Shown piece by piece: positions 1 to 10,176 of a stretch of 64,000 bases of DNA. Numbering within the stretch: the stretch's first letter is position 1; every line of letters starts with the position of its first letter. This DNA comes from Candidatus Iainarchaeum sp. (GTDB lineage: Archaea > Iainarchaeota > Iainarchaeia > Iainarchaeales > GCA-2688035), in the NCBI GenBank assembly GCA_002688035.1, contig NZBU01000012.1:18272-82271 (forward strand), written 5' to 3'. The notes under the pieces were generated by a model. That model saw only the letters and a program-made list of their open reading frames with translations. It searched no databases and was not told where the DNA came from. A program made the translations under genes and the position numbers.

Positions 1-1
1 T

Positions 2-2092
2 AAAGACCCACATAGTATTCAATGCATTCTGGGTTCCGGTGAAACCCTTCCAGACACATTTATCGTAGAATTTGATATTGACACCGATCCTTCAATTTCA
101 AATATTATGAGGGCTGAGCTGTGGAGTGCAAACTTCACACCTGGTGGTCAAAGTGTTTCAACAACTGTACGAGTTGATCCCCCTGAACTATCGCTCTCGG
201 ATATGTCTGGGGCTACTTTTTCAGATTTTGTGGACATTTATGCCAAGGAAACAGGAAATGGAATTCCTCACAAAGTAATATTCTATGTTGATGGGCAAGA
301 AATTGGTTTTGTAACTGCAAGAGGGACTGCACATCCAACTGAGTTTTGGGGCCTTTTCTGGGATAGTACAAGTGTAACTGATGGGTCGCATATGCTAAAG
401 GTAAAGCCATGTGACTCACAGGTTTGCACTGACACTATTCAGCCTGTGTCAATTACGGTAGATAATGATGAGAACATTATACATATTGAGTGTTCAATTA
501 CCGATGCGGATTCTCCAATAAATGTCGGTGAATACAGTACAATCTACCTTTCATATGATGGTTTTGATCCTGAGTACGCTGATGTAATTTGCGGCGGTGA
601 AGCTTATTATAATCATGATTTGTATTGCGCAAGTAACTCATGCACTCTTTCATGTAGCCCTTATGCTTTAGAGGGGGAGCCTGAAATATTTGTTAGCCTT
701 AACTCAGACATGGGAGATGCGTCTTGCGGAAGCCAAAGAATTATTGTCCTCGGTCAGAACACCCCCCCAATAGCCCAGATTATTGAGCCGGTTCAAGGAG
801 ATTCATTTTTGGAGGGTGCAATAGTTGTTGGACAATTCACTTGCATTGAAAATGAGATTTTATTTACGAATGAAAATGGTTTATTTACTGCAATAGTCGA
901 ATCGAACATAGTGGAATCCTATGTGGGCTGTGAACTGACAATTAATGCCAACGACCAGTTTGATAATAGTGCAGAGCAAACATTTTTCCTGCCAATAAAC
1001 TTTGATAATCCAGAATTCAATTTAGTGCTGGAGAAACCTGAGCTGGTGGAAAATAACCTATTTGGTTACGGGCAAATTGTAGGATTTAGAGTTGGCATTG
1101 AAAGCAGTAGAATTAAGGGCTTGCGCAACATTAGGGTTGAGTTAAAGCCGTCTTGGTTGAATAGTCCTGTGCTACTGTCAATTGATAAGAACTCACAGTA
1201 CTTTACTGTTGCTCTTGAAATGCCGGATAAAGAAAGTAATTTGCAGGAGATTGAAGTTGGTGTTGAAGCATCTGCAATGGTTGGCGGGAAAAGAGTATTT
1301 GATTTAGAGAAATTAGAGTTGCTACTTACTGACAAGATTAACCTTGAATTTAAGTATCCAAGCTCGGAAGCCACTGTCCTAGATCCGGAGTATGCCAATA
1401 CACTTGTTGTCGCACTAACCTATCCAAATGGGGATTCAATTGAGAATGGTGAAGTTGAGGCAGTACTTGGAGTGGATGACAGGCAAGAGCCAATACTTCT
1501 AACCAAAAATGTTCAAACCGGGTTATTTGAAGCGCCGTTGAGTGAGGAATTCAAGCTTGGAAATTATGTTCTTACACTCCAGCTTGCAGATGAGGCAGGA
1601 GGCGATGAGGAATCAGTTGTAGTAAACATTTTCCAGCCATTTGACTTTGTGATGATTGCCATGCTGATCATCGGATTGTTCTTTGTGTTCTCACTGGTTT
1701 ATTTTGTCAGGAAAATCTTGAAGGAGAAGGCAGAGAAACTTGAGGAACTCAAAACCAAAATGCAGAATCTCAAAGGTATGACAAAGAGACTTCGCTATGA
1801 ATATTTCAAGCGACATATAACTGAGGATGAGTTCAAGGAAAGGCTGCTTGAAACCCAGCAAGAACTCGCAACCGTTGAGAAAAAAATTGAGAAGAAAGAA
1901 GTGGAGCCGAAGAAGAATCCAAAGGGTTTTTCCGGAAAGGAATTACAGGAAATTGATCATATAGTTAAGAGGCTTAAGCCGAAAGTTGCCAAGTTTTCCA
2001 AAGAGGAGACTTACGCCGCGCTGTTACAGGAGAAATGTTCTCCAAAACTCGCCAAAGAAGTAATCAAACAGCTTTATGATAAGAAAACCTAG
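2..2092 (+). CDS. Large membrane-anchored surface protein, 5'-truncated by window edge: Ig-like domains, one TM, cytoplasmic coiled coil with SHOCT-like segment
   Basis: Frame is open from position 2 through the ATG at 107. Beta-rich acidic Ig-like stretches (VIFYVDGQEIG), TM near aa 513-535 of the listed ORF, then YFKRHITEDEFKER. Confidence 0.7.
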   Translation, partial: KDPHSIQCILGSGETLPDTFIVEFDIDTDPSISNIMRAELWSANFTPGGQSVSTTVRVDPPELSLSDMSGATFSDFVDIYAKETGNGIPHKVIFYVDGQEIGFVTARGTAHPTEFWGLFWDSTSVTDGSHMLKVKPCDSQVCTDTIQPVSITVDNDENIIHIECSITDADSPINVGEYSTIYLSYDGFDPEYADVICGGEAYYNHDLYCASNSCTLSCSPYALEGEPEIFVSLNSDMGDASCGSQRIIVLGQNTPPIAQIIEPVQGDSFLEGAIVVGQFTCIENEILFTNENGLFTAIVESNIVESYVGCELTINANDQFDNSAEQTFFLPINFDNPEFNLVLEKPELVENNLFGYGQIVGFRVGIESSRIKGLRNIRVELKPSWLNSPVLLSIDKNSQYFTVALEMPDKESNLQEIEVGVEASAMVGGKRVFDLEKLELLLTDKINLEFKYPSSEATVLDPEYANTLVVALTYPNGDSIENGEVEAVLGVDDRQEPILLTKNVQTGLFEAPLSEEFKLGNYVLTLQLADEAGGDEESVVVNIFQPFDFVMIAMLIIGLFFVFSLVYFVRKILKEKAEKLEELKTKMQNLKGMTKRLRYEYFKRHITEDEFKERLLETQQELATVEKKIEKKEVEPKKNPKGFSGKELQEIDHIVKRLKPKVAKFSKEETYAALLQEKCSPKLAKEVIKQLYDKKT

Positions 2093-2550
2093 GAGACATA
2101 GTAAGGTTCGCTGGTATCCAAGTCTAGCTCCATTTCCTCTACAACATCGTTGTCAAGTTTTCTGTGATACAAACCAACAAACTCAAAACCCTCTTTTTCA
2201 TATAACTGCTTTGCTCTTTTGTTGGACTGTTTGACTAACAGAATAATTCTTTCTATTCCCTCTTCATTGAGCCGCTCTTTTGTAAAGTGCAAAAGTGCCT
2301 TGCCAATTCCCTTAGCTCTCTTGCTTTCTTTCACGCTTAGGCCATTTATTCGTGCAAGTGCGCCTTCAAAGAATTCTATTTCAATAAAACCCAAAAGTTC
2401 TTCTCCCTCAACTGCTTTAAAGATGATAACAAGCTCGTTCCCGAATTTTTCCCTTAGCTCCTGTTCTGTTCGCTCCACATATGGGAACTCCTGTTGGATT
2501 TGAACAATTATTTCAGGCAAATCTTTTTCTGAGGCCTTGTCTATTTTCAT
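2089..2550 (-). CDS. GNAT-family N-acetyltransferase
   Basis: Acetyl-CoA motif LSVKESKRAKGIGKALL and N..A..LYEKEGF. Confidence 0.9.
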   Translation of the reverse strand: MKIDKASEKDLPEIIVQIQQEFPYVERTEQELREKFGNELVIIFKAVEGEELLGFIEIEFFEGALARINGLSVKESKRAKGIGKALLHFTKERLNEEGIERIILLVKQSNKRAKQLYEKEGFEFVGLYHRKLDNDVVEEMELDLDTSEPYYVS

Positions 2551-3218
2551 CTTTCCCAGTCCGACAAAAATTCTTCTATTTCCTTACCGCTCACAGCACA
2601 GCCTGCAAACTTAACTGCGTACAATGCGGCTTCAAGAGCCTGTTTGGATTTTGGGATATCGCGTGCAATAAGCCCGCGTTCAAACGCAAGGGCAATAAGC
2701 TCAACGCTCCTCACAACATTTAGGCCGTCGAACATTTTTTTTACCAGCCCGGCATTATCTACATTGATACTGGCTTTTGTGTGCCTTCGCCTTTCAATAA
2801 GTTCCTTAAGTCTCTTCGGGTTCTCGATTATTGTTCTCGTGGTTCGCTCGTCGATCACAAATGTGTTGGACTCCAATTGTTTTAGTAGAGCCAATGCTTC
2901 TATTTCCCCGCTGTGTATCAATTTGACAGGTTTTCCCTTAGCATAAATTAAATTGTTGACTTTTGAGCTAATGTCATTCGCCATTTTTTTGTGTTTTGCA
3001 TCCAATCTTTTTATTTCAAGCCAGCCGTCATCCACAGCCTTCTTTATCCTAACTGCGTTAAGCTCAAAGCGCTTGATTTGAAGTGGTCTTTCAACAACCT
3101 CATAGTAAACGGACTTCGGCACGACAAAAGAGTTGTCTCCTCTAAGGCCTCTCAAAGAATTAATTAGGCAACTTTGGCTCACTGAGATAAGGCTGCTTGA
3201 GTCAAAAACAACGTCCAT
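2547..3218 (-). CDS. PIN-domain ribonuclease-like protein
   Basis: VVFDSSSLI, VYYEV, HSGEIEALAL and VIDERTTR give the PIN acidic pattern. ATGA overlap with the GNAT gene. Confidence 0.8.
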   Translation of the reverse strand: MDVVFDSSSLISVSQSCLINSLRGLRGDNSFVVPKSVYYEVVERPLQIKRFELNAVRIKKAVDDGWLEIKRLDAKHKKMANDISSKVNNLIYAKGKPVKLIHSGEIEALALLKQLESNTFVIDERTTRTIIENPKRLKELIERRRHTKASINVDNAGLVKKMFDGLNVVRSVELIALAFERGLIARDIPKSKQALEAALYAVKFAGCAVSGKEIEEFLSDWER

Positions 3219-3222
3219 ATTA

Positions 3223-3771
3223 TCACAACACTTTCCTCAGTTTTTTCAGGCGTGCGCCGATTCCCTTTGGCGCCTTCTCCTTGTCCACTATCTTTGTTGC
3301 ACCCACATACTCAAGCACACTTTTCTTGTCTGCGCCTGTCAACTCTGTTGCCTGGCTCAAACTCAGTCCAAGGGAGTAGGCGTTTGCAGCATACTTTACC
3401 CTGGCTTTTTCAAGCAAACCCTGGACAAAGTATCCAAGTTCAAAATCAATTGAGCGAAGCTCCTCGTCAATTCCGCGGACAGTTTTCTCAAAACCAGCCT
3501 TGTTCCCACTTTCAATAAAACCGATTGCTTTTTCCAAAGAGGAGATAACTTTTCTCTTAACTTTTACCCAGCGCGAGTGAGACACGATGTGTTCCTTTGT
3601 ACTAAGCTTGTGTAAAGAATAACCAATAAGGGCAATTTCAGCAAGTCGCTTGTCGTTTTCAATGGCTGCTTCCTCAATTAGGCTGTTACTCAGGATCCGC
3701 ATTCCGACAACATCACTCTTGACAAATGCGTCGCGAACCTCTTTAATATGCTTTAACAATTTGGTGTCCAT
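3223..3771 (-). CDS. Helical protein with C-terminal UPF0175-like HTH (putative PIN partner)
   Basis: YSLGLSLSQATELTGADKKSVLEY HTH-like segment; ends 4 bp upstream of the PIN gene. Confidence 0.6.
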   Translation of the reverse strand: MDTKLLKHIKEVRDAFVKSDVVGMRILSNSLIEEAAIENDKRLAEIALIGYSLHKLSTKEHIVSHSRWVKVKRKVISSLEKAIGFIESGNKAGFEKTVRGIDEELRSIDFELGYFVQGLLEKARVKYAANAYSLGLSLSQATELTGADKKSVLEYVGATKIVDKEKAPKGIGARLKKLRKVL

Positions 3772-3814
3772 AACTTAGAATTAGTCAATCCACATTTATA
3801 ATTCTTTCTGAATC

Positions 3815-4264
3815 CTAAGCAGCTTTGTTACGTGCCAGGGCAAAACTTTTTTGCCTGGCCTTTTGTCCCTGAGCCCAGTTTTGGTGTATTGCCTGCAGTG
3901 TCTGCAGTTGCTGTTGCGCTCCTTGTGCCTGGAGCGAATCCCTAACCTGCAGGAAAAAGTTTACAGTGCGCTCTGGGTTAAGCCTTGCATCCCCGGCAGA
4001 CCTTGCCCAGTTTGCCATTCTTTGCGCAAACACATTTGGCGGCATTTTAGCAATAGCCTTATGCATTTCAGCCATGGCCTGTTGAGGAGTCTTGGCAGAG
4101 AACCTTACCCTCAAACTTTCTGCAGGCACACCCATAAACCTGCGCAAATCCTCCAAATATAATCTTTGGGCTTTTGGAAGCAGTGCCCACTTCCTGGCTG
4201 AGAGTATTCTCTTATAAGCTATCCCAGCTACTTCTCTTACCCTCCGAACTCTTCCACCCGCCAT
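3815..4264 (-). CDS. Highly basic hypothetical protein
   Basis: 149-aa ORF with GGAGA RBS and Arg-rich N-terminus. Confidence 0.7.
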   Translation of the reverse strand: MAGGRVRRVREVAGIAYKRILSARKWALLPKAQRLYLEDLRRFMGVPAESLRVRFSAKTPQQAMAEMHKAIAKMPPNVFAQRMANWARSAGDARLNPERTVNFFLQVRDSLQAQGAQQQLQTLQAIHQNWAQGQKARQKSFALARNKAA

Positions 4265-4393
4265 GATTATCTCCTTTTACCTTGTTTTTTGCCTCTATTC
4301 AAATAATTTCTCTCACTTTTACTATTTAATGCTTGTTATTGCCATTTTCTCGCACAGCAAACGTTTTAATATATAAAAGATTTATTTAATTAA

Positions 4394-5725
4394 ATGATTC
4401 GTAAAATCTTGTTTTGTTTGGCGCTCTTTGCCATTGTTGGCAATAGTTTTGCGGTTAGCAGTGCAGAGGCAATAAATTTTGTCGAGAATACTAACCACCT
4501 TCTATTTGAAGGGGAGACAACAGAGATTTACCCTGCAATACTTGTTTCCCATAGTCGCGAGAAGTACTGGGTTGTAAGCGTTTTGAGTGGGGAGAGCGTC
4601 TCAGGCTTTGTTCCGGTGGAAGATGCCAGTAATGCAACAAAGCTGAATGTTGCAGATGGGAAATTAGCCAGGAAACGTCTTATTCAAACTGCTCAATACC
4701 TACGCCTGTTTGATGGCCTTAAAATCGATTTTTCAAGGCAGGGCATTTGGGTGTTCAAGAATACGGATGTTGACTTTTTTAACTCACTTTCAAACGAGCT
4801 CAAGAACGAGCGCGTTGATTTAACAACTATTGGATCAGAGCTTGATGGCTACACTGTCCTGCAGCTCATGGCGGGAGATTTGCGTGGCCAGCTTGATAGG
4901 CTTTATCCTTTGGCAACAGAGATTGCCGGGCAAATGAATGAGTTTAAGGAAGAGGAGGCAGTGTTCTTCTCAAGGCCTGATACAAACAGTCTTGTGAAAT
5001 TTGTAAAAGAGCTGGATGCAATCTATGCCCTTGTTGAAGAGTTTGACTCAAAGCGTTCTGATTACTTGGCGGACATGGATGAATTCAAACAAGGCATTGC
5101 GCAAACAGATTTGAGCATTGACAGTAAAAGGAGCCTGAATGCGCTTGCAAGTGTTCCTCCAAAAATGATTGAGGTCAGTGGCAGAATAACCAATACATTT
5201 AATATCAGGGAGAAGACAGACGAAGTTTACTTAAGCGTTCTAAACCAAAGCGACAACTTTGTGCAAAACCTCGAGCTCCGTGAGAAAAGAAGCTTGGCCT
5301 GGATGGCAATCTATGGTTTTGACGAAGAGGTTGTGGAAGCAACTAGAATACAAGGTATTAATTCGGTGAAAGAAATTATTGACCTAGTGCTGAGCGAAGA
5401 CTACTTATACCAGTGGGAGGATCAAGAGACCCTGGGGCTACTCCAGGAAAAGTGGAGCAAAACAATGGCCTACTATGATACAGGCTCTTTTGAGTCAGCC
5501 AGGAGCTTTGCAGGTGAAAGCAAGGACTATGTTCTCGAAGTATTTGAGGCAGGTTTGGTCGAACCAGAGCAGCCAATAAACACTGATCTGCTATTAACCG
5601 GAGTGGTTTTATTAATTGTTTTAATAATTATCTTATATGTGCTTAGAAACAGGGATAAGTTTGCGGCCCTGGTAAAGATGGATGATGGTGAAGAGGAAGT
5701 ATTAATTCATGAATGGGAAAACTAG
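4394..5725 (+). CDS. Secreted helical protein with C-terminal membrane anchor
   Basis: Signal peptide, helical body, TM near C-terminus. Confidence 0.75.
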   Translation: MIRKILFCLALFAIVGNSFAVSSAEAINFVENTNHLLFEGETTEIYPAILVSHSREKYWVVSVLSGESVSGFVPVEDASNATKLNVADGKLARKRLIQTAQYLRLFDGLKIDFSRQGIWVFKNTDVDFFNSLSNELKNERVDLTTIGSELDGYTVLQLMAGDLRGQLDRLYPLATEIAGQMNEFKEEEAVFFSRPDTNSLVKFVKELDAIYALVEEFDSKRSDYLADMDEFKQGIAQTDLSIDSKRSLNALASVPPKMIEVSGRITNTFNIREKTDEVYLSVLNQSDNFVQNLELREKRSLAWMAIYGFDEEVVEATRIQGINSVKEIIDLVLSEDYLYQWEDQETLGLLQEKWSKTMAYYDTGSFESARSFAGESKDYVLEVFEAGLVEPEQPINTDLLLTGVVLLIVLIIILYVLRNRDKFAALVKMDDGEEEVLIHEWEN

Positions 5726-6626
5726 TCTGGTTATTGCAATAGCACTACTGCTTTTTTCGCTGAGTGTTTATGCTTCCGAAGTCGTGGTTTCCGTTACGCC
5801 AAAGAACAAGGCACTTGATATTTTAAGTCTTTATCCGGATGAAATAGCCGAGCTTGAGATAAATGTTCTAAACAATGGTCTTGAGCCAATAGAGAACATT
5901 AACCTGCGTGTTTCTGTTCAGGAATCATTAACAATAGTGGTTGGGGGTAGGAACACGAGCATTCTGACAAAAACATTTGAGAGAATAGGTCCTGGCCAGC
6001 AGGAATTATTTTTTGTAAGTGTGAAGCCAAAGGAGTTGTCCATCGAAAAACAATTTGTGCAGGTAAATTATGGCTTTGAGACATTTACCCATGTTTCTGC
6101 AACCTATGTTGAAATAGTGGAAAGTCCCTTAGAAGTGCAAGCCAGGCTTGTGAAAAGCGCCCTTGATGTTGGTGAGAGCAGCAAGATTGTTTTAACTCTT
6201 AAAAATAAGGGTCAGCAGCCCTTAAGCAATATTTCTGCAGACATCAGGTTTCCTAATGGTATTGTGGGAAAAAGTTCTTCGCTTAAGGTCGATTCTTTAT
6301 TGGCGGGTGAGAGTCTGGCTGACAGGGAATTTGTTTTTGAATTAGATTTGAGTGTTGCCGGCGAGAAAAAGATCTTAATGTTGGTAGGATTTGAAGACAC
6401 AAAGGGGAAACATGTTCTTGAGAGAGAATTTTTTGTTGATATACAAAATCGGAGTGCTGTAATCTACTTTATTATTATTGGGATAATAATCCTGATAATA
6501 GTCGCGCTCTTTCTCAAACGCAATCCAAGTAAGGACAAAAAGGCATTGGAGCAGCCCGAAGTAAAGGAACTTGAGGGACAAGAGTTAAAGACCGTTCCAA
6601 TGGAAGGAAAAGAGATAAAGAAATAG
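5709..6626 (+). CDS. Membrane-anchored Ig-like (CARDB/COG1361-type) surface protein
   Basis: Signal peptide, two repeats with V.N.G..P..NI motifs, C-terminal TM. Confidence 0.7.
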   Translation: MNGKTSLVIAIALLLFSLSVYASEVVVSVTPKNKALDILSLYPDEIAELEINVLNNGLEPIENINLRVSVQESLTIVVGGRNTSILTKTFERIGPGQQELFFVSVKPKELSIEKQFVQVNYGFETFTHVSATYVEIVESPLEVQARLVKSALDVGESSKIVLTLKNKGQQPLSNISADIRFPNGIVGKSSSLKVDSLLAGESLADREFVFELDLSVAGEKKILMLVGFEDTKGKHVLEREFFVDIQNRSAVIYFIIIGIIILIIVALFLKRNPSKDKKALEQPEVKELEGQELKTVPMEGKEIKK

Positions 6627-7694
6627 TCAGCTATATACTTCCAAAACATCAAAGTTCTTTAGTACATACTCTTTTGGAATCCTTTGCCCCTCGTATTTGC
6701 TGCTTCCCCATAGCTTTGCATACTTCATTTTTGCAAAGTCCTTGTGCAGATGCTGCGCAGCTTCCTCAACAGTAGTTCCTTTTGGCATGGAAAGAGGTTC
6801 TGTGTAATCAACATTTCTACCCGGCTTTTTTGTGTAAACAAGTATTATGTCCAACAATTCAAATATTTTTTCCTTAAGGCTTTCGTTAATTTCTCCCTCT
6901 AAGTTGAAAGGGTTTATTGTTAACGCCTTCTTGTATACCAGTGATTCGTTTAAAGCTCTTGAAACAAGTTCAAGGTCCGCGGGCTCGTTTAGCACAACGC
7001 TTGCATGTCTAACACCCACACTTTGCAGAAAATCAACAAGTTCTTTCTCTTTTACCTTTAGGAATTGTTTTCCTGAAATTGAAATTCCTTTGTAACTTCC
7101 CTGCGAAATTTTTATTTTTGGCTTGGGTTTGTTCAGTAATATGCTCGCATTACCCAGCTCTTCTCCTAGAATGTTCTCAGCCTCATTGTTTTCCGCAACC
7201 AAAATTATCGCATCAGCGTTTCTTATTATTGCAAGCAGCTGTGGTCCATTGAATTTGCCTGAGCTGCTCCCCTTCACAATTGCCGGAATCTCAACGAGCT
7301 GGATTTTTCCGCCGTGAAAATCTAGCATTCCAACTGCGGGTTTAGTAGTTGTAAACTTATAGGGTGCGATTTCAACATCAACATTTGTTAATCTTTTTAA
7401 CAGAGTGCTTTTACCTGAGTTAGGCAATCCAACTAACACGATCTGGCCGACTCCTTCCTTTGGAACTGAGATGCTGCTTCCCTTTGCTTTTTTCTCCTGT
7501 AGCTTTTGTTTATCCATATCGCGTCTTACAGCCGCAATTTTCCTGCTAATATCTTTTCGCAGGTTCTCTCCACCCTTGTGTGCCGGAGCAAAGCGCTGCA
7601 TCTCAAGTAGTGCGGTTAGTTTGGCCTCTGGGCTTTTGGCCTGCTCGTAATTTATTCTGGCCTGATCAAATTCAAGGGTAACATTTGCTGGCAT
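6627..7694 (-). CDS. DRG/OBG-family GTPase with TGS domain
   Basis: GLPNSGKST, APYKFTTT, C-terminal TGS (HLHKDF..YAKLWG). Confidence 0.92.
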   Translation of the reverse strand: MPANVTLEFDQARINYEQAKSPEAKLTALLEMQRFAPAHKGGENLRKDISRKIAAVRRDMDKQKLQEKKAKGSSISVPKEGVGQIVLVGLPNSGKSTLLKRLTNVDVEIAPYKFTTTKPAVGMLDFHGGKIQLVEIPAIVKGSSSGKFNGPQLLAIIRNADAIILVAENNEAENILGEELGNASILLNKPKPKIKISQGSYKGISISGKQFLKVKEKELVDFLQSVGVRHASVVLNEPADLELVSRALNESLVYKKALTINPFNLEGEINESLKEKIFELLDIILVYTKKPGRNVDYTEPLSMPKGTTVEEAAQHLHKDFAKMKYAKLWGSSKYEGQRIPKEYVLKNFDVLEVYS

Positions 7695-7701
7695 AATTTA
7701 T

Positions 7702-8286
7702 CTATTGGTTGAAACACTTAAAAACCATTATTTCTTCGAAAAAGAGTTTTCTTCGCGCAATAACTGAAAAAGACAGGTCAAAAAAACACAATTTCTTGGA
7801 CGATTCTGCCTCAGAATTAAGACTGCTCTGTAAGAAAAAGCACGTTCCCTGCTCCCTCAAATGTTCAGGGAATTGCTCAAGAAAAAGGTCTAGCACTTCT
7901 CGTCCCTGCTTGCCCCCATCTGTGTCTTTCCATTTTTTCTCTTTACTTGGGACATATGGTGGATTGAATATTATGCAGTCAAATTGCTCCTTTATATTTT
8001 CAAAAAGATTGCTCTCCCTTGTCTCAATTCTCTCGCCAACTCCAAGGAGCTTGGCATTCTTTGCAGTGCATTCAAGTGCTTCTTTATTTATATCAACGCT
8101 CAGCACTTTTTTCGCGCCCTTTAGTGCGGCGCTTATTCCTTGTATTCCTGAGCCGCAACCCAAGTCCAGCACAAAATCATTTGCTTTCACTTCAACAGTT
8201 TCTTCAAGCAAAAAACTGTCTTCCCTTGGGGCATAAACGCTTGGAAAACCTGATGTTGAAACATTTGACAAATTAGCTTGTTTCAT
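7702..8286 (-). CDS. HemK2/MTQ2-type release-factor glutamine methyltransferase
   Basis: VYAPREDSFLL, LDLGCGSG, FNPPY. Start moved to ATG 8286 to avoid overlap with the upstream gene. Confidence 0.9.
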   Translation of the reverse strand: MKQANLSNVSTSGFPSVYAPREDSFLLEETVEVKANDFVLDLGCGSGIQGISAALKGAKKVLSVDINKEALECTAKNAKLLGVGERIETRESNLFENIKEQFDCIIFNPPYVPSKEKKWKDTDGGKQGREVLDLFLEQFPEHLREQGTCFFLQSSLNSEAESSKKLCFFDLSFSVIARRKLFFEEIMVFKCFNQ

Positions 8287-8293
8287 TTTGGAT

Positions 8294-9550
8294 TCATCTA
8301 AAGAATTCGCAGTGCTCCATTTCCGGATCAAGTTTGCACAGCGCTTTATCAATGTTTATTGTGTGAGTAGAATACTTACAATTTATAACTGCTGTTGGAA
8401 CCCTTTTAATTTGAAGTTGTTCTGCCAGTGTGCTATCTGCACTAAATCTTTCGCCAAGCCCTGAAAGACACTCTGCAAACTGCCCTTCATCAAACTCTAA
8501 ATCCAAACTTGCGATAAGTGCTGATTCATCACCTAAAACTGGGAAACCATAGTGGTCGCTGTCAGCACAATTTGCTCGCTCAGGGGGATCTAAAACATTG
8601 TTGTCATCGCTCCCACAATATCTCGCATAGAACGCGTTCTCTGTTTTTTGCAAGAACCCTTGTTCGTCTGCGCATGCAAAATAGCGTGCCATTGTTTCAA
8701 TATTTCCTTTCGGCATATCTGCGGGAAATAAATTCTTGCTCGCGTCTATTGGCAGGTAATGGTAGTCAAAGTCCATTCTCCCGCTATAATAATCTCTGTA
8801 AAAATTAACTGTTTCCGTTGATTTAATATAAGGAGTTCCATATGGGTCAACAAACAAGTCTACCTTCGCAAACATCTGCGCAGGATTTTCAGGAAGACAT
8901 TCTTCTGTTCCAAGCAAGTAGTCGGTATGTCTGCCTCCATCCAATCCAAGTTCTGGCAACACAAAAATATCGGTAATAATATCATATCCAACTTCAGTTG
9001 GATACTTTCTTGCAAGTAGCTCGAGCAAACCGCGCAGTGTTATTGTCCCATTTGGAGTGCTTATCTGCAATTTGTCATCGCTTCTCACAATCATACTCTG
9101 CGAAATGCTTTCCCCATCTACAAGTGCGACAGGCAATTTTGTAATACCTAGTTCCCCAATAATTCTTTTCCCGTCCTCGGTTGAAGCCTCAATTTTGTTT
9201 GCTGCAAAACCAATGCCGTTTTTGTTCAGCAACAACACAAACGAGCCATCAATTTCACATCCAGGGCAGTCGTTCGAATAGATCAAAATAAATTTTACTG
9301 TCGAATCTACTGTTCCATTTCCAGTATGGAAATCATCAGGGTTAACAGTCTCGGGTGGCTGCGAAAGTTGCAATACCGCAATAACAACGAAGATGGCCAG
9401 TATTGCCACTAGTGCGACAATGATTTTGTTCTCTTGGAACCAGTTGCCCTTCTTTGCAGCAGCTTTTTCACCTGTATTTTGCACTTTCACTATTTCTGCG
9501 CTTTTCACAGGTTTCTCAGTCTGATTACCTTGGTTGTCTGTTTCAGCCAT
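8294..9550 (-). CDS. Membrane-anchored DsbA-like protein with two thioredoxin folds
   Basis: N-terminal TM, CPGC, ITKLP and IKRVPTAVINC cis-Pro loops. Confidence 0.7.
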   Translation of the reverse strand: MAETDNQGNQTEKPVKSAEIVKVQNTGEKAAAKKGNWFQENKIIVALVAILAIFVVIAVLQLSQPPETVNPDDFHTGNGTVDSTVKFILIYSNDCPGCEIDGSFVLLLNKNGIGFAANKIEASTEDGKRIIGELGITKLPVALVDGESISQSMIVRSDDKLQISTPNGTITLRGLLELLARKYPTEVGYDIITDIFVLPELGLDGGRHTDYLLGTEECLPENPAQMFAKVDLFVDPYGTPYIKSTETVNFYRDYYSGRMDFDYHYLPIDASKNLFPADMPKGNIETMARYFACADEQGFLQKTENAFYARYCGSDDNNVLDPPERANCADSDHYGFPVLGDESALIASLDLEFDEGQFAECLSGLGERFSADSTLAEQLQIKRVPTAVINCKYSTHTINIDKALCKLDPEMEHCEFFR

Positions 9551-9624
9551 AAAATCGCCTCAAAATTCGCCTATTCTTGAGTTAATTTATTGAATCTGCA
9601 TGTTTTTAATAAACTATTGCTTTT

Positions 9625-10176
9625 TTGAGGCAAAGAGCAAAAAATAAAAAGCCTAGCAATAGGAAAGTATTTGGGGTTATGATGTCTTTAACGATATTTC
9701 TTGTAGTGCTAATAGGCGCATTGGTTTTAGGCAATATTTTGCTAGCCTTGATTAAGCCAGGGTCAGAGCAGCGAGCTGATAAAGCCGAACCAATTGAGCA
9801 GCCTAAGCTCGTTGAATCACAGGAAAAATTACCCGGCGTATTCAAATCAAATCCCTCTTTTGCGCAAGACACCGGGCAAGAGCGTGCCAACCAGCTCAAC
9901 AAGCGCATTGATCGTCTTGAATCACTTTTGCTGAAGATTAATGGCTCAAAATTCTTGGGCAAAAAGTTGAATGGAACAGTCATTGGACAAAAGCTTAGTG
10001 GCTACAACGAGTTTAAAGGAAACACGAAAATTGAGATTGCAGCCCTCAAACAGGATATTGCCCGCGTGAAAAAAGAAATTGGTATAAAAGAAAAAAAGAA
10101 TCCTGGTGAGGACTACCAGATCAACGATAAAAAATTGCACGAGCTTGTATTTCAGACAGGCGCAGGCAAAAGCTAA
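9625..10176 (+). CDS. Hypothetical single-TM protein with coiled coil
   Basis: 183-aa ORF with N-terminal TM. Confidence 0.65.
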   Translation: MRQRAKNKKPSNRKVFGVMMSLTIFLVVLIGALVLGNILLALIKPGSEQRADKAEPIEQPKLVESQEKLPGVFKSNPSFAQDTGQERANQLNKRIDRLESLLLKINGSKFLGKKLNGTVIGQKLSGYNEFKGNTKIEIAALKQDIARVKKEIGIKEKKNPGEDYQINDKKLHELVFQTGAGKS

